Origin: an uncultured Acidimicrobiia bacterium
Lineage (GTDB): Bacteria > Acidobacteriota > Terriglobia > Versatilivoradales > Versatilivoraceae
Direction of reading: 5' to 3'
Length of the DNA: 64,000 bases
Assembly: GCA_963786955.1 (NCBI GenBank)
Contig: CAWBAT010000006.1
Span: forward strand, 896,001-960,000
Shown: positions 9,551 through 19,603 of the stretch, in pieces
How the letters are laid out: every line of letters starts with the position of its first letter
Position numbering within the stretch: position 1 is the first letter of the stretch
Translations under genes and position numbers: made by a program
The notes under the pieces: generated by a model
Seen by the model: only the letters and a program-made list of their open reading frames with translations
Told to the model about the DNA's origin: nothing
Databases searched by the model: none

Positions 9551-11302
9551 GTGACACCCTTTGCTGCTCGACCCATGAAAGGATTCATTCCATTGTCGGC
9601 GGCTTTGTTTTTTCTGCTGATCCTGATTCCTTCAGCCCAAATTGAAACGAAGCGCGCCCCATCAAAACCTCAACCCCCTGCCTTTCCGGTCCAACTCCGG
9701 GATATCACCAAACAGGCCGGAATTCTTTTCCAGCACAATACCGGAGGCTTTGGGAAGAAATACCTCCCGGAAACCATGGGATCGGGTTGTGCATTTATCG
9801 ATTACAACAACGACGGGTGGCAGGATATCTTGTTAGTGAATGGGATGGATTGGCCCGGACACAAACGCCGCACGAGTTATCCCGCACTCTACCGGAATAA
9901 TAAGAATGGGACCTTCATCGATGTGACCAAGGAATCAGGCCTCGCGGTTGAAATGTACGGGATGGGGGTTGCCATAGGAGATTTCGATAATGACGGTTTG
10001 GATGACATCTTCATTAGTGCTCTTGGCCCGGATCACTTGTTTAAGAACCTCGGCAATGGCAAATTTGTTGAAGTCACCCAGAAGGCCGGGTTGGCCAATG
10101 CGGATTACGGATCCAGCGCCGCTTGGCTCGATTACGACAAGGATGGCGATCTTGACCTTTTCGTCTGTAATTACGTTCAATGGACCGTTCAAACCGACAT
10201 CTATTGTTCGTTGGATGGAGTGAGCAAGTCTTATTGTACGCCCGAAAGCTATAAAGGCGCATCCTGCCGCCTCTATCAGAATCAAGGGAATGGGACATTT
10301 CAGGATGTCACGCAGAAAGCCGGTCTGCTGGATCCTTCCAGCAAAGCCTTAGGAGTAGCCGTTTTCGATGCCAACAACGACGGCTGGATGGATCTGGTAG
10401 TCGCCAATGATACGCAACCCAATAAACTCTATATCAACAACAAGAATGGTACCTTCACGGAAAAGGGGGTTCCTGCGGGGATCGCTTTCAGTGAAGACGG
10501 CACCGTGCGGGGAGCCATGGGGATCGACGCAGTCGACTATGACGGATCCGGTTCAGCCAGTTTACTGATCGCCAATTTCTCCAACGAAATGCTCAATCTC
10601 TACCATAACGAAGGAGGAAAAGGACTTTTTGTCGACGAGGCTCCGACCTCTGCCGTTGGGCAGGCAAGTCTGCTGACTCTGGCCTTCGGGTGTTTCTTCT
10701 TCGATCTGGACCTGGATGGAAAGCAGGACATTTTCGTAGTCAACGGTCACGTTGAAAATGACATCAACAAAGTTCAGAAACGGGTGACTTATGCCCAACC
10801 TCCCCTTCTTTTTCAAAACCGGGGAAATAAACAGTTTGTGGAGATTACCCCGCTTGTTGGACCTGCCATGAAGATCGCTCGTGTCGCTCGCGGCGCTGCC
10901 TATGGGGACATCGATAACGACGGCGACCTGGACGTGCTCATCTCCGTAAACGGAGGCCCGGCCGTCTTATTGCGCAATGACGGAGGCAATGCCAATCATT
11001 ATTTGAGAATCAAGACGATTGGAACCAAGAGTAATCGGGACGGAATCGGAGCCGTGGTTCGCTTGAAACTCCCTTCTGGAAATCCTTGGCTGATGGTCAA
11101 AAGCGGCAGTAGTTATTGCTCGCAAAACGAGCTGCCGCTGACATTCGGTCTGGGAAACCTCGACCGGGTTCCTTCGATCGAAGTGATCTGGCCAAGCGGC
11201 ATCGTCGACCGAATCAGCAACGTAGCCGCGAACCAGTTTGTGACCATCAAAGAAGGAACTGGCCGCGCCGAGACATGGGCTGTGACAAAACCGACAAAAT
11301 AG
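9551..11302 (+). CDS. CRTAC1-like FG-GAP repeat / ASPIC-UnbV domain protein, secreted
   Basis: Signal-like N-terminus; repeated DYNNDGWQD/DFDNDGLDD/DYDKDGDLD motifs; C-terminal SNRDGIGA...SGSSYCSQ...FGLG...IWPSG. Confidence 0.9.
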   Translation: MTPFAARPMKGFIPLSAALFFLLILIPSAQIETKRAPSKPQPPAFPVQLRDITKQAGILFQHNTGGFGKKYLPETMGSGCAFIDYNNDGWQDILLVNGMDWPGHKRRTSYPALYRNNKNGTFIDVTKESGLAVEMYGMGVAIGDFDNDGLDDIFISALGPDHLFKNLGNGKFVEVTQKAGLANADYGSSAAWLDYDKDGDLDLFVCNYVQWTVQTDIYCSLDGVSKSYCTPESYKGASCRLYQNQGNGTFQDVTQKAGLLDPSSKALGVAVFDANNDGWMDLVVANDTQPNKLYINNKNGTFTEKGVPAGIAFSEDGTVRGAMGIDAVDYDGSGSASLLIANFSNEMLNLYHNEGGKGLFVDEAPTSAVGQASLLTLAFGCFFFDLDLDGKQDIFVVNGHVENDINKVQKRVTYAQPPLLFQNRGNKQFVEITPLVGPAMKIARVARGAAYGDIDNDGDLDVLISVNGGPAVLLRNDGGNANHYLRIKTIGTKSNRDGIGAVVRLKLPSGNPWLMVKSGSSYCSQNELPLTFGLGNLDRVPSIEVIWPSGIVDRISNVAANQFVTIKEGTGRAETWAVTKPTK

Positions 11303-11637
11303 CTCTTCCCCAGGCATTCTCCCGTCTCTCACGGCGCAGGGCCAGCCAAAGGGAGAAAATCCAAGTCTAGAGACGATGGGCTGGCACAATTACCTAAGAC
11401 TAATTACGGCTATTCTGTTCTGACCCCAGAATGGCCACACTCGCGCGACTCAGCTCAATTCTTTTGACTCCATGCTAAAATGAGAGCATTTCTTGCAGCA
11501 GGAAGATTGTGTGCCTTGGGAATTGTGAGAAATTCCAAACTGAAAATTTCATACGATTCTTGAATCTGATAATAGGTTGCAAACAAATGGATCCATAAGG
11601 TCGAGATAGCCTCTCCAGGAGAGGCGAATTGAGAAAA

Positions 11638-11745
11638 GTCCCCCTTGGAAGGGGGCAGCAGCCGCAGGCTGCGGGGGATGTATTGCTCTGGAGTAACGTT
11701 ACCTCTCAGTCATCATACCTCACCCCTCCAGCGGAGGGGAATTAT
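11638..11745. repeat. short GC-rich palindromic repeats (CCCCTT..AAGGGG family)
   Basis: CCCCCTTGGAAGGGGG, GCAGCCGCAGGCTGC and CCCCTCCAGCGGAGGGG hairpins; relatives at 15562 and 42703. Confidence 0.55.
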
Positions 11746-11829
11746 GACTGTCACCGATTAAATGCGACTAAGTAAGAGTAATTCGTTCAACAGTCATCCA
11801 TCGGCATTTGAGGCGAAAGGAAAATAATC

Positions 11830-14800
11830 TTGGCACTGAAGAAATCTGCTTACTTCTCATTTTTGGCTGTTGTCGTCATCGCGCTGCTCTTCGGGGCAGC
11901 CCCATCTTGGTTTCTATCCCAAGGATCTCAGGCAAAGCCTGAAGCGAACCTCTCCGACCAGGAAAAACTGCTGTACCACACAAACGTAGGAATTGCTTAC
12001 CTGGAACAGTTCAGTTTCCGTGACGCCATTGCGGAATTTGACCGTTGTCTCAAGATCAATCCTCAATTTGTCCCGGCCCTAGTGAATTCTGCTCTAGCGC
12101 ATTTTTACCTGCAGGAATTCGGTCCCGCAGAGGAATTCCTCAAGAAGGCTTTAGCGCTTGAACCCAGCCAGTCCAATGCATTATTCGCCCTGGGGATGAT
12201 TTATCGGAATCAAAACCAGATGGATTTGGCTATTCAATCCTTCTCGAAGATTCTCCAAAAGGATCCCCAAGATGGTCCGACACTATACCAGGCCGGACAG
12301 ATTTATCTGAAAAAACAAGATTATGTCAAAGCAGCCGAAATTTTGAAAAGAGTGATTGAGATCTCTCCTTACGACACATCGGCACACTACAATTTGGCAA
12401 CAGCCCTGATCCGGAAAGGAGACCAGGCTGAAGGCCAGAAAGTCATGGAAACGTTTACGCGCCTTCGCGAAAAGGGTGGCATCAGTAGCACGGGGACGCA
12501 ATATGGCGAGCAAGGCCGGTACATGTTGGGGATCGGGGAATACCCTGACATCAAGAACCTGGCGGGACTGTCGCCACCGGCACCGCCCAAACCGATCCAA
12601 TTTATTGACGTCACGAAAGCCGCTGGAATTACTTTTCAACATGGCGCCCAGGGTGCTGATGCCAGCTCACACAAAGCGATTGTTTCAATGTTTGGCTCAG
12701 GTGCAGCCTTTTGTGACTATGACGGAGACGGCTTCCTCGACGTCTATTTCGCCAACAGTTCAGCCGACGGATCGAAATCACGCGGCGTGCTGTATCACAA
12801 TAACGGGAAGGACGGATTTGAAGACGTTACCCAGAAGGCCGGAATCAAAGCGAATGGCCAGGGCATGGGTGCCTATTGGGGAGACCTGAATAATGATGGA
12901 CACCCGGATTTATTTTTGACCAATGATGGTCCGAATCTCCTTTATCAGAATAATGGCAATGGGACGTTTACCGATGTCACAGCCAAAACCGGCGTCGAGG
13001 GTGGAGAACATTGGCATCTTTCAGCCGCGATCGCGGACTTCGATCATGACGGAGACCTCGATATCTATGTCGGAAATTATGTTGACCTGGCGCGCGTCTC
13101 TTCCGAAAGCAAACTCTCTGACCTGATGGACAGGCTTTCCAACTTGCCCGGTAACGGCTGCCACCTCTTCCGGAACAATTCAGATGGGACTTTTACCGAT
13201 GTGGCCGAAGAAGCAAAGATCCAGGATCCGTCGGCAAAGATTCCTTCAGTCGCCTTTACTGATTTCGACAACCGTCGCGACATCGATTTCTGGATGGTCA
13301 ACCAGGGGTCTGCCATCCGCCTCTTTAGCAACCAGCGAGTCGGGACATTCCTGGATATCCACCCGGGGTTGGAAAACATCGATGTTAAGGACGTCTTCAG
13401 CGTTTCCGTCGGCGACTACAACAAGGATGGGTGGATGGATGTGGTGATGGGGATGCAGTCCGGCCCAGTCGATCTCGTCCGAAATCTTGGAAATGGAACT
13501 TTCAAACGAGATGCGGTGCTTAACTCGTCATCTCCCGCCGCAAAATCCAGCAGAAGCTGGACGACGCAATTCTTTGATTACGACAACGATGGGGATCTCG
13601 ACCTGCTCGTTTTAAAGGGTGGTTTAACCGATGAACTCTCGAAGAACCAGGGGCCAGAACTTTGGGAAAACTCGGGAGATGGCCAATTCAAGAATGTGAC
13701 AGAAAAGGTTGGACTCAGTCCAGTTTCAAGGTAAACCCTACCGCAGCGCCACTCTCGGCGACTTTGATAATGATGGAGATACCGATTTGTTGCTTACCGT
13801 GAACGGGGGCTCCCCCGTCCTGCTCAGAAATGAGGGGGGCAATCAAAACAATTGGTTAAAGGTCCGGGTTCGGGGAACCAACAGCAACAAGAGCGGAATT
13901 GGGACGAAAGTGGAGGTGAAGTCAGGAGATCTGTGGCAGAAGATCGAAATCAACGGCGGAAACGGCTACCTCTCTCAGAGTCCAACTGAATTCATATTCG
14001 GCCTTGGGCAACACACGGCCGTCGACGCCATGCGGCTGCTTTGGCCTGGCGGCGTCTTACAATCTGAAATCAATATCCCCATCAACCAGACAAAATTGGT
14101 GAATGAACTGGATCGCAAAGGAACGTCGTGTCCATTGCTGTATACATGGAACGGACAGAAGTACCAATTCGTGACAGATTTTCTGGGTGGCTGCGCGATC
14201 GGTTATCTTGAGCCGACGGGACAGTACAGCATCCCAGATACTGACGAATACATCAAAATCAAATCGGAACAATTGAAATCGAAAGACGGCCTTTACTCAC
14301 TGAAGATGAACAACCAGTTGGAGGAAGTGCTTTACATCGATCAGGCCGAACTGGTCGTCCTGGATCACCCGTCCGGACTCGATCTCTATCCCAATGAGCG
14401 CCTCATGCCGGAGCCCCCATTCCCGGCTTTCCAGGTCATTGCAGCCCAGAATGCCCACCCGCCCAAGGCTGCCTGGGATCACCATCATCACGATGCCCTG
14501 CGCCAGCTCTCATCAGTAGACAGGCAAACGGTCGACGATTTCAAACTTCTGCCTTACAAAGGCTATGCCGAAGAACACGAGCTCGTGCTCGACCTGGGGG
14601 AGGTGTCCCGGAACGAGCAGGTTCAATTACTGATGACGGCTTGGATTGACTATGCCGACTCCACTGCAAATTTCAAGGCATCTCAATCGGGTGCCACTCT
14701 GGTCGCCCCTTACCTTCAAGTAAAGAATGTGAAGGGAAAATGGCAAACCGTTCTTCCTGCAATGGGTTTTCCGGCGGGGTTACCGAAAACGATGGTTGTG

Positions 14801-15412
14801 GACCTGACAGGCAAGTTCCTTTCTGACAATTACCAGGTGAGAATCGTCACCAGCATGCGAATTTATTGGGATCAGATTCTAGTGAATACCTACCAGGGAA
14901 CCCCGGATTACCGACTCAACCGCCTTCCTGTCCAATCGGCAGAACTACAGTTTACAGGGTTTCCTCGGGAGTTTAGCCCGGATGGAAAGCGCCCCTTCAT
15001 CTATGATTACGACTGGATCGAGCCGGTGGCTCCTTGGAAGAGTCATACGGGAAACTACACGCGCTACGGTGACGTCGCACCTCTCTTGAAGTCAAAAGAA
15101 GATCAGTACGTCATCATGCGGAACGGAGATGAGATTCAACTGAGCTTTTCAGCCTCGCGGCTTCCAGAGCTCCCCTCTGGCTGGACACGGTCTTTCTTCC
15201 TCTATGCCGATGGCTTCGGAAAAGACATGGACATCCACTCGGCAACACCGGAGACGGTCACACCTTTGCCGTTCCACCACATGAGCCGCTATCCGTACCC
15301 GGAAGACGAGAAACACCCCGATAGCCCCGCTTATCGCCGGTACCAGCAGGAATACAATACCCGCCACATCCCGGAGGTTTACAGCCAGATCAATCAGAAG
15401 TCGAATGACTGA
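11830..15412 (+). CDS. TPR + FG-GAP + ASPIC-UnbV protein with extra C-terminal domain (one frameshift near 13721)
   Basis: Signal peptide, TPRs, DxDxDG repeats; removing one C near 13721 joins KVGLS to QFQGKPYRS...GDFDNDGDTD; C-terminal region begins KGTSCPLLYTWNG. Confidence 0.85.
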
Positions 15413-15483
15413 AGAAATCTGAGTGAGCTGAGCGTAATAGACTCGCGGAGGATCGAGCTTCAGCGAAATCTATTGAAAGGAAG

Positions 15484-15600
15484 GGTGGAACGCGAGCTCC
15501 CGCGCGCGTTCAAGCGTGCGCCGGGGGACGGTGGTCCCACGCGCCCGCTCCACCACAAATGTCCCCCTTGTATTTAAGGGGGGACTTCAGGGGGTGGTGT
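15484..15600. repeat. GTGG-type palindrome pair followed by a CCCCCTT..AAGGGGGG repeat
   Basis: GGTGGAACGCG..CGCGTTC ... GCTCCACC; TCCCCCTTGTATTTAAGGGGGGA. Confidence 0.55.
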
Positions 15601-15728
15601 CTTGGAACTCCGCCCTCCTGGCATATTGCATTTTTAGAGGCCTGAGGTTCTGCGAGACCGCATCGACAGGCTGTAGCATTCTTTCACCCAAAGAGGGAAT
15701 ATGACTCGATTCCCCTCCCCTGGAGGGA

Positions 15729-15876
15729 AGGTGCGAAAAGATTGTCGAACTGATTGTAGGGAACGCTCGCCCCAGCATTCCCAGTTGCCGAGGAGCACTG
15801 AATTCAAATGGTTTGCTACTCTACAAGGAACGGAACAGCGTCCGTTCCCTACGAAGCGCTCAATTCTTTCACACCT
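15729..15876. mobile_element. MITE-like element enclosing a GTAG REP doublet
   Basis: Imperfect TIRs AGGTGCGAAAAGATTG / CAATTCTTTCACACCT; inner GTAGGGAACG... and ...CGTTCCCTAC. Confidence 0.6.
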
Positions 15877-15936
15877 CCAGCGGCTAGGGGTGGGTCGTCG
15901 TATGGATATCGGCTGTACGTTGAGTTTGTGCAGCAG

Positions 15937-16268
15937 CACGGGAGAACGGCACCAAATGAATAGTCGGCTCCCTTCTCCCCAGCGCGGGAGAGGGGTTTAG
16001 GGGTGAGGGGCAGCGTCAAAGAAGACTCATTTGTCATTGTTGATTGTTCATTTCTCATTTTCGATTGAGAAGCTTAAATGCAAAATGACAAATGGTAAAT
16101 GACCATTGGCAAAAGGGATTGCTGAGAAGAGGACATGCCCCGCAGCGTTGCTGCTGCCCCATTCCAAGCGGGCCTTTCCCATTTCCCACTCGCGAGAGAG
16201 CAACACAATATGACTTATCAGCTCCCCTCGCCCCAGCGCGGGAGAGGGGTTTAGAGGTGAGGGGCACC
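15937..16268. repeat. two ~80-bp direct repeats flanking inverted heptamer tandem arrays
   Basis: CCCCAGCGCGGGAGAGGGGTTTAG(G/A)GGTGAGGGGCA at ~15977 and ~16231; CATTTGT/CATTGTT/CATTTCT then AATGCAA/AATGACA/AATGGTA/AATGACC units between them. Confidence 0.7.
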
Positions 16269-16404
16269 TCCACAATCTTGCAAACTTTGCATGCATGAAT
16301 GGATTAATATGGGGTAAGTTTGCTCTTGAGCGTCGTGCTCCGAAAGATCATAAAAGTGTTTCGAAATCGCTGGGATCACGGCAGTTTTTTCACTCATAAG
16401 GCCA

Positions 16405-16867
16405 ATGCCAATCCAAAAAATTGTTTCTGGTGGGCAAACCGGTGTCGATCGCGCAGCCTTAGACGTTGCCTTCGAGTTCGGGATTCCTGTGCGGGGGTTG
16501 GTGTCCAAGGAGCCGTATCGCGGAGGATGGCAGGATTGCGCAACAATATCCACTTAAGGAAACGACGACCTCGGACCCGAGTGTGCGAACAGAATTGAAT
16601 GTCATCGATTCAGACGGGACACTGGTCCTCACCTGGGGGAAACCTTCCGGGGGAACGCTCTTGACGATCCTCTGCGCACGGCACCATCGAAAACCATTCT
16701 TGGAAGTAAACCTGGAGAGACAGCCCGATATTGAGTTTCTCCGCAAATGGATCCATTCGCAAGAAATCCGGGTTCTCAATATCGCCGGGCCACGCGAAAG
16801 TCATGATCCTGGCAGTATCTATGCACAAGCCAAGAAATTTCTCACCAGCCTGCTTCAAGCAGAATAG
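16405..16867 (+). CDS. putative molybdenum carrier / circularly permuted YpsA (SLOG) protein (frameshift near 16489)
   Basis: ATG 16405 gives [20 protein letters not shown], continuing after a one-base shift into GGWCP...[13 protein letters not shown]...LNIAGPRES. Confidence 0.85.
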
Positions 16868-16974
16868 GCCCGCTCGAAGTGAGACATTGGATGTTTTCTA
16901 ATTGATTTTTGAGTTGTATTTTAGGAATCAAACTCCGCCAGGAATGAAAGCGCACACTATGAAACAGGCCCGAA

Positions 16975-17277
16975 TTAGGCTTTCTTGAAGAAAGACTTCC
17001 TGCGTTCGTTGGGGATTATCACCTGGCGTTTCTTGCGACGGTCATAGACCAGGCCGCTCTCTAAGATGACGTGAATGATTCGCACATAATCCTCATCCAG
17101 TATTCGCGCGATATCCCTCATCGGCATGCGATGGGCTGCAAACAGATTCAAGATAGTTGCTTTCCTTTTGCTGACAGGATCCATCATGGAAGTATCATGA
17201 GTAGGAACATAAACCTTTTGTGTCAGCAAAAAGCCATCTCTCGATTGTTCTTCATTATTTTCCATGGACACATCCAC
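16975..17277 (-). CDS. small HTH-like hypothetical protein, paralog of 21231-21542
   Basis: Shares RDGF, DP..KR..TI.NLF, D.AR.LDE and G...DRR with the second copy. Confidence 0.7.
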   Translation of the reverse strand: MDVSMENNEEQSRDGFLLTQKVYVPTHDTSMMDPVSKRKATILNLFAAHRMPMRDIARILDEDYVRIIHVILESGLVYDRRKKRQVIIPNERRKSFFKKA

Positions 17278-17526
17278 TTTGTTTCGAATTGAAATCCCGG
17301 TAGTTCATGACCTGTGACTTTCAGCCATGAAAATATAGTTTCATGTTAGCTAATCCGAATTTAACTGACAAGCGGTAACATAAATTTCGAAAAAAAAATT
17401 CCTGTCGGCGGCAGGTATCAGGCTCTTGGAGGAGAGCCCCAAGTTCGTCTGAAGGGCGGAGTCCCTCCAGACAGAACCACTGGGGTGAACCATTGACACA
17501 GAGCACGGGAGGAGGAGGAATATCGC

Positions 17527-17555
17527 TTGACAGTGCTGGGAGATGCCTCTACTAT
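17527..17555 (+). promoter_or_regulatory. sigma70 promoter of the tRNA pair
   Basis: TTGACA-17 nt-TACTAT just upstream of tRNA-Lys. Confidence 0.8.
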
Positions 17556-17569
17556 TTTGAGGTTTTTCC

Positions 17570-17645
17570 GGGCCGTTAGCTCAGACGGTAGAGCATCTCC
17601 CTTTTAAGGAGAGGGTCGCTGGTTCGAGTCCAGCACGGCTCACCA
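17570..17645 (+). tRNA. tRNA-Lys(TTT)
   Basis: Cloverleaf GGGCCGT/ACGGCTC acceptor, anticodon loop CTTTTAA, TTCGAGT T-loop, encoded CCA. Confidence 0.97.
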
Positions 17646-17720
17646 GTTTAGCAACGCGTATTCCCGCCTCGCCCTACTGGATACACTCCGCGCTGCGTAC
17701 GACAGTTGCCTTCACCTTCC

Positions 17721-17798
17721 GTCCCGTTCGTCTAGCCCGGCCTAGGACACCGCCCTTTCACGGCGGTAACAGGGGTTCGAATCCCATACGGGACGCCA
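17721..17798 (+). tRNA. tRNA-Glu(TTC)
   Basis: GTCCCGT/ACGGGAC acceptor, CCGCC-CTTTCAC-GGCGG anticodon arm, GGTTCGAAT, CCA end; one mismatch in the T-stem. Confidence 0.96.
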
Positions 17799-17998
17799 AA
17801 AATATAAATAAGTTAAATTCCAAAAACGGTTCATCGATAAATTCTTGGCTAAACATTGCATGCGGCAGACGAGATAAGTTTATGCTTAACTCGTGCATAA
17901 CAAGTGAAGCGAAAGCTGGTGCAAGTGTGCCCGCAAGGGATCGCAGAGGGGTGGTCATTGTAATTCGATGTGGGGTAGCGTTCAGTAAAGAGAGATCG

Positions 17999-18268
17999 AT
18001 GATTCTTAGCGCGCTATCAATTCTGACGTTCTTCTTGTGGTCCTTGGTGGCCTTCGCTCAGACTTTGAGCCTTACGTTCGATGACGGCCTCAATCCAGCA
18101 AGTGAGCCTGATACATTGCCAGCCGGCGAAAGCATCGTGTGGGCAAAAGCTAAAGAGCGAGGCATCCAGAATCTGCGATATCCCGGTGAGGATTCAGTCT
18201 ATGAAGAGCCAAAGCCCGTTCGCTGGGTCTTCTGCCATAGCGGATGGTCCAACGACTCCAGTTCATGA
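17999..18268 (+). pseudogene. internally deleted polysaccharide deacetylase remnant
   Basis: Signal peptide and LSLTFDDG motif joined directly to a family-like C-terminus LPAGESIVW...LRYPGEDSVYE; catalytic core missing. Confidence 0.6.
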
Positions 18269-18392
18269 GCGTTGACCGCCACTCACCACCCTGTATGGGT
18301 ATGGCGAATGCACCATCCGGCGACGCTTCTTTATCTCAATCAAGTTGTCGTCAGCATTCCATCGAATCTAGCGAACGATTGTTGTTTTCTTC

Positions 18393-18421
18393 TTGACAGT
18401 ATGTTCTCATTATGAGAACAT
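18393..18421 (+). promoter_or_regulatory. higBA -35 box and palindromic operator
   Basis: TTGACA at 18393; perfect inverted repeat ATGTTCTCAT-T-ATGAGAACAT at 18401-18421. Confidence 0.75.
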
Positions 18422-18428
18422 CTCGCTT

Positions 18429-18713
18429 GTGCGAGTGATCAGTAAGAAGAAGATCGTCGAATTTATCAAAAGGTTCCCGAACTCTCGAATGAGCCTGGCA
18501 AGTTGGTATGCAGTGGTTAGAAGGGCTGCCTGGAAATCATGGGTTGACGTAAAGAGCGTTTATCCCAGTGCCGATCAGGTAAACCGAAGGACGGTCTTTA
18601 ATATTTCAGGGAATAGTTACAGGTTGATCGCGCGAATCAACTATCGAACGCAGATTGTCTTCGTGCTCCACATTCTTACGCACAAAGAATATGACGAAGA
18701 AGGATGGAAATAA
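18429..18713 (+). CDS. higB: type II toxin HigB (mRNA interferase)
   Basis: MRVISKK...W....W..VK..YPSAD...TVFNISGNSYRLIARINY...LTHKEYD. Confidence 0.92.
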   Translation: MRVISKKKIVEFIKRFPNSRMSLASWYAVVRRAAWKSWVDVKSVYPSADQVNRRTVFNISGNSYRLIARINYRTQIVFVLHILTHKEYDEEGWK

Positions 18714-19123
18714 TGATCCCTGTTGCTAAAATGGATGAAAAAAAATACCTACGCCTGCTGGCTCAGTCTGGTCCACGTGTGCCTGAAACAGAAAGAGAAT
18801 ACAAGGGCCTGCTCACTCAAATTGAGAATCTGATGGAACGGGATGAAGAGGATTTGTCTATCGAGGAAACCCGTTTGCTCACCTTGCTGTCAGTACTGGT
18901 CGAACAGTATGAAGAGAAAAACTCCCCGATCCCAGACGGGAAACCACTGGACGTTCTACGCCATCTCATGGAAGCACGGGGGCTCACCCATAAAGATGTA
19001 TGGACTTTGTTTGGATCACGAGGAACCGCTTCAGACGTTATTAACGGGAAGAGGTCCATTAGTAAGACCAATGCAAAGCGCCTAGCTGAATTCTTTCACG
19101 TCTCTGCCGATTTATTCATCTAA
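18713..19123 (+). CDS. higA: antitoxin HigA (Xre HTH)
   Basis: LLSVLVEQYE, LRHLMEARGL..D....FGSRG..SDVINGKRSIS..LAEFFHVS; TAATG overlap with the toxin. Confidence 0.92.
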   Translation: MIPVAKMDEKKYLRLLAQSGPRVPETEREYKGLLTQIENLMERDEEDLSIEETRLLTLLSVLVEQYEEKNSPIPDGKPLDVLRHLMEARGLTHKDVWTLFGSRGTASDVINGKRSISKTNAKRLAEFFHVSADLFI

Positions 19124-19195
19124 GTAGTTCTAGTCTGCCTTGCTCAACAGGCCAGCGCTCTGATCATTCCCGCCAATTATGTCTTGAACAGAATC

Positions 19196-19320
19196 CTATC
19201 CGTGGCGAATTGCTAATTCGTGGTACAACCCCAGGCGATCCCAGGATTTGTTATGATAAAAAGATGCGCGATCTGGTTATCCTTTTCATCCATCTCATCG
19301 AGACGCTCGCAACCTTCAGA
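19196..19320 (+). mobile_element. possible remnant of an IS/integrase-core element (end plus first codons)
   Basis: ATG 19264 encodes MRDLVILFIHLIETLA, which recalls N-termini of integrase-core transposases, then decays; recognised from memory, not from a search. Confidence 0.35.
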
Positions 19321-19603
19321 GAGCGGAGGGAACAGGCTAAATAATCAATGGTTTTCAAGCCGATCAAATTTTTGCGAGGGATAATTACGACCTGGCCGTC
19401 ACCGTCCTGGCAGACCTGCGGAACTTGGCTGCTCAAACAGGGCAAAACAGTGGATTCAGATCCAAGCATTTCTGAGACGCGAGCACTTAATGCTTACGGC
19501 AAAGCAGGACCAAATCGGTTACCTCGCCGCGCGGACTGGTGGTAGGATTAGTTCTGAAGAAAAGGTCAACAAGAAAGACTTAAGGGTATAGCGAAGCGAA
19601 GGA

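Noticed and set aside
9125-13730. Programmed frameshifting in the two TPR-containing genes
   Set aside because: No slippery sequence or stimulatory structure; the same indel pattern occurs in unrelated genes, favouring sequencing error
9551-15412. Enediyne biosynthetic cluster suggested by UnbV domains
   Set aside because: No iterative PKS, thioesterase or unbL/unbU genes in the window
15412-16400. Many short overlapping ORFs and a possible CRISPR-like array
   Set aside because: The ORFs are translations of palindromic repeats; there are only two direct-repeat copies, no regular spacers and no cas genes
17771-17787. G-A mismatch in the tRNA-Glu T-stem as a sign of a pseudo-tRNA or editing
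   Set aside because: A single mismatch in an otherwise intact tRNA, within an error-prone assembly
18225-18350. Minus-strand fragments (RRMVHSPY..YRV, TIRYGRRP) recalling a ParE/RelE toxin
   Set aside because: Short, in different frames, and not supportable without a search
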